DNA of 64,000 nt from Mustelus asterias (taxonomy: Eukaryota): the NCBI RefSeq assembly GCF_964213995.1, contig NC_135830.1:8680001-8744000 (forward strand), in the 5' to 3' direction. The translations under genes were made by a program, and so were the position numbers. Every line of letters starts with the position of its first letter. Positions within the stretch are counted from its first letter, which is position 1. This document shows positions 60,639-64,000 of this stretch, piece by piece. The notes under the pieces were generated by a model. The model was not told the DNA's origin and made no database searches. It worked only from the letters and a program-made list of their open reading frames with translations.

Positions 60639-61649
60639 TCACTTGTGAACTCGCTGGTGTCTCCGCAGGCTGGATGACTGAGTGAATCCCTTCCCACACA
60701 CACAGCAGGTGAACGGTCTCTCCCCAGTGTGAACTCGCTGGTGTTCCTGCAGGTTGGATGACGTTCTAAATTTCTTTGTGCAGTGAGAGCAGCTGAATGG
60801 TCTCTCCCCAGTGTGAACTCGCTGGGGTTCCTGCAGGTTGGATGATGTTCTAAATCTCTTTGTGCAGTGAGAGCAGCTGAATGGTCTCTCCCCAGTGTGA
60901 ACTCGCTGGGGTTCCTGCAGGTTGGATGATGTTCTAAATCTCTTTGTGCAGTGAGAGCAGCTGAACGGTCTCTCCTCAGTGTGAATGCGCTGGTGGATCA
61001 TCAGATCCCCAGAACGTTTGAAACTACTTCCACAGTCAGAGCATTTAAAGGGTCTCTCCTGGGTGTGAGTGAGATTGTGACTCAGCAGGCTGGATGAATG
61101 AGTGAATCCCTTCCCACACACAGAGCAGGTGATCGGTCTCTCCCTGGTGTGAATTCGCTGGTGCTCCCGCAGGTGAGATAACGTTCTAAATGTCTTTGTG
61201 CAGTGAGAGCAGCTGAACGGTCTCTCCCCAGTGTGAATCCGCTGGTGGATCATCAGTTCCCGAGAGCTTTTGAAACCACTTTCACAGTCAGAGCATTTAA
61301 AGGGTCTCTCATTGCTGTGAGTGACTTTGTGTTTTGACAGGTTGGATAACTGCATAAATCCTTTCCCACACACCAAGCAGATGAATGGTCTCTCTCCAGC
61401 GTGAACGCGCTGGTGTCTCTGCAGATCGGGTAAATGAGCGAATCCGTTCCCACACTCAAAGCAGATGAACGCTCTTTCTCCAGTGTGAACCAGCCGATGT
61501 CGCTGCAGATGATATAACCGAGTGAATCCCTTCCCACACACAGAACAGGTGTACGGCTTCTCTCCAGTGTGAATACGTCGATGGGTTTGCAGCTCAGAGG
61601 GGGTTTTGCAACCCTTCCCACAGTCCCCACATTTCCACGGTTTCTCCAT
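60639..61649 (-). CDS. Tandem C2H2 zinc-finger protein, 12 fingers, no effector domain seen
   Basis: 336-aa ORF of CX2CX12HX3H repeats with TGERPF linkers; fingers 9 and 10 have His-to-Pro. Confidence 0.9.
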   Translation of the reverse strand: MEKPWKCGDCGKGCKTPSELQTHRRIHTGEKPYTCSVCGKGFTRLYHLQRHRLVHTGERAFICFECGNGFAHLPDLQRHQRVHAGERPFICLVCGKGFMQLSNLSKHKVTHSNERPFKCSDCESGFKSSRELMIHQRIHTGERPFSCSHCTKTFRTLSHLREHQRIHTRERPITCSVCGKGFTHSSSLLSHNLTHTQERPFKCSDCGSSFKRSGDLMIHQRIHTEERPFSCSHCTKRFRTSSNLQEPQRVHTGERPFSCSHCTKRFRTSSNLQEPQRVHTGERPFSCSHCTKKFRTSSNLQEHQRVHTGERPFTCCVCGKGFTQSSSLRRHQRVHK

Positions 61650-61803
61650 GTTGCAGGTGTCCTTGTGTTGCTCCAGGTTTGACCATCAGTTGAAGTCTCA
61701 CACGGAACAATATTATGGTGCCCTGCTGTGATGGTGCAATATTGTTTACGGCTGTGTAACTGGGAAGCTCTTTCCACAGTCACTGCATGGGAAAATCTCA
61801 GTT

Positions 61804-61840
<37 letters not shown>

Positions 61841-62799
61841 AGTCCTGTTCCAGTCACAATGATGTTTAAAGACTGCTGAAGCAGGCAGAACAGAGAAACA
61901 TTTCTCCTTCTGGGTTCAAAGGCCGATAGCATTCAGGTCCCGATGAATTGAGTGAGTTTGTCAGATGTTGACGTGATGTTTGATTCGAGATTTCTGTCTG
62001 TAAAATCCTCACCTTCTGATATCCTGTAAAAGGAGTTAACAAAATTCATCATTTCAATACAGGATAGAAATTCAGAACAGACTATTCTCGTTTCTATGGA
62101 GCATTCTTTCCTCTCTGATTCCCCAAAAGCTGTAAATCTCCATCCCACACACTCTCCCTCCATTCTCCCTCTGCTGTATCTAATATTCACCCTCCCAATT
62201 CTCCTGAAGGTGCTGATTGAGGCTGATTGACAGATCCATGCTCACTGCTTCCTGTCCTGGACACACACAGCTGAAAATCTCAATGCAGGCTGCCAGACAG
62301 ATAAATGTCCATATGACTGGACTAAAACTGTGTGGAATATATGCACTGGATTCACTTCCTTTCCCTTCAGTTGCTGCAAGTCCCCAATTTCCAGCAGAAT
62401 GAGAAAAGAAATGGAAAGGGGGAACATATTCTGTTAGTTTGTTCTTTATTGTCGATGTCAGGCTGGGGTTGTTTTCCTTGGAGCAAAGGAGGTTGAGGGG
62501 AGATTTGATAGAGGTGGACAAGATTCTGACAGGTTTAGATAAAGTGGACAAAGAAAAGCTGTTCCCATTAGCTGATGGGACAAGGACGAGGGAGGACACA
62601 GATTTCTTGTTTTGGGTCAGAGATGCAAGGGGAGGAGTGGGGGTGGGAGGGGGTGGGGGGGGGGCGGGATAGATGTGAGGAAGAATATTCTGATGCAGCG
62701 AATGGTAATGACCTGAAACTCGCTGCCGACGAGGGTGGAGGAAGTGGAGACAATAAACAATTACAAAGGAAATTGGATGGGCTTTTGGGATGTTCCAAA

Positions 62800-63895
62800 C
62801 AGAACGAAGAACAAAGAGAATTACAACACAGAAACAAGTCCTTCGGCCCACCAAGCCCATAGCAACCATGCTGCCCGTCTGAACTAAAACCCCCGACCTT
62901 TCCGGGGACCATATCCCTCTATTCCTATGCTATTCATATATTTGTCAAGACACATCTTAAAAGTCACTATCGTATCTGCTTCCACTACCTTCCCCGGCAA
63001 CGAGTTCCAGGCACCCACCACCCTCTGTGTAAAAAAACCTGCCTTGTACATCTCCTTTAAACCTTGCCCCTCGCTCCTTAAACCTTGCCCCTCGCACCTT
63101 AAACCTATGCCCCTCATAATTGACTCTTCCACCCTGGGAAAAAGCTTCTGATTATCCACTCTGTCCATGCCCCTCATAATCTTGTAGACTTCTATCAGGT
63201 CGCCCCCCCTCAACCTCCGTCACTCCAGTGAGAACAAACCAAGTTTCTCCAACCTCTCCTCATAGCTAATGCCCTCCACACCAGGCAACATCCTGATAAA
63301 TATTTTCCGTACCCTCTCCAAAGCCTCCATATCCTTCTGGTAGTGTGGTGACCGGAATTGAACACGAGATTCCAAGTGCGGCCTAACTAAGGTTCCATAA
63401 AGCTGCAACCTGAATTGCCAATTTTTAAACTCAATGCCCCGGCCGATGAAGGCAAGCATGCCGTATGCCTTCTTGATTATCTTCTCCATCTTCATTGCCA
63501 CTTTCAATGGACCTGTGTACCTGTACACCCAGATCCCTCTGCCTATGAATACTCTTAAGGGTTCTGCCGATAACTGTATATTTCCCATCTGTATTAGACC
63601 TTCCAAAATGCATTACCTCACATTTGTCTGAATTAAACTCCATCTGCCATCTCTCCGCCCAAGTCTCCAACTGATCTATATCCTGCTGTATCCTCTGCCG
63701 GTCCCCATCGCTATCCACAATTCCACCAATCTTTGTGTCGTCCACAAACTTACCAATCAAACCAGTTACATTTTCCTCCAAATCATTTATATATATGTTA
63801 CAAACAGCAAAAGTCCCAGCACTGATCGCTGAGGAATGTCACTTGTCACAGCCCTCCATTCAGAAATGTACCTTTGCAATGCCAACCTCTGTTTT
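62800..63895 (-). mobile_element. CR1 5'-truncated insertion
   Basis: ORFs 63431-63781, 63220-63606 and 62884-63213 are frameshifted CR1 RT pieces; AAGAAC tail. Confidence 0.92.
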
Positions 63896-64000
63896 CCTCT
63901 AAATATCTCTAAACTTCCTCACACCCTGTCACTCTGTGATCCTTGTCACATTTGAAACCAGTTATTCGCAAAAAGACTCAAAGAGCATCAGCCCACTGGA

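Overview
Eukaryotic, repeat-dense vertebrate DNA, most likely from a shark or other elasmobranch (inferred from HE1-type SINEs, CR1 LINEs, Penelope and Rex/Babar elements, and a two-exon GPR139-like receptor). From left to right it holds: a decayed tRNA-gene field (Gln, Lys, Pro, Arg, five tandem Val units; one perfect tRNA-Arg(ACG)); an 8.9-kb defective class I endogenous retrovirus (two LTRs, tRNA-Pro PBS, two diverged gag N-termini, two integrase tails, broken gamma-type env); two T-cell receptor alpha/delta-type V pseudogenes with leader exons and 23-bp-spacer RSSs, each split by a CR1 insertion; an intact two-exon GPR139-like GPCR with a 9.2-kb intron; and a 12-finger C2H2 zinc-finger gene. 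The most notable observations are (i) a ~165-nt 5' end of an R2 retrotransposon, with 28S target sequence and an HDV-like ribozyme, lying outside rDNA in a tRNA-Val spacer; (ii) two tRNA-Pro pseudogenes with 16-18-nt inserts at the canonical intron position; (iii) minimal hammerhead ribozymes in Penelope repeats, with fold-back Penelope insertions. All alignments and counts were made by eye; boundaries of old repeats are approximate.
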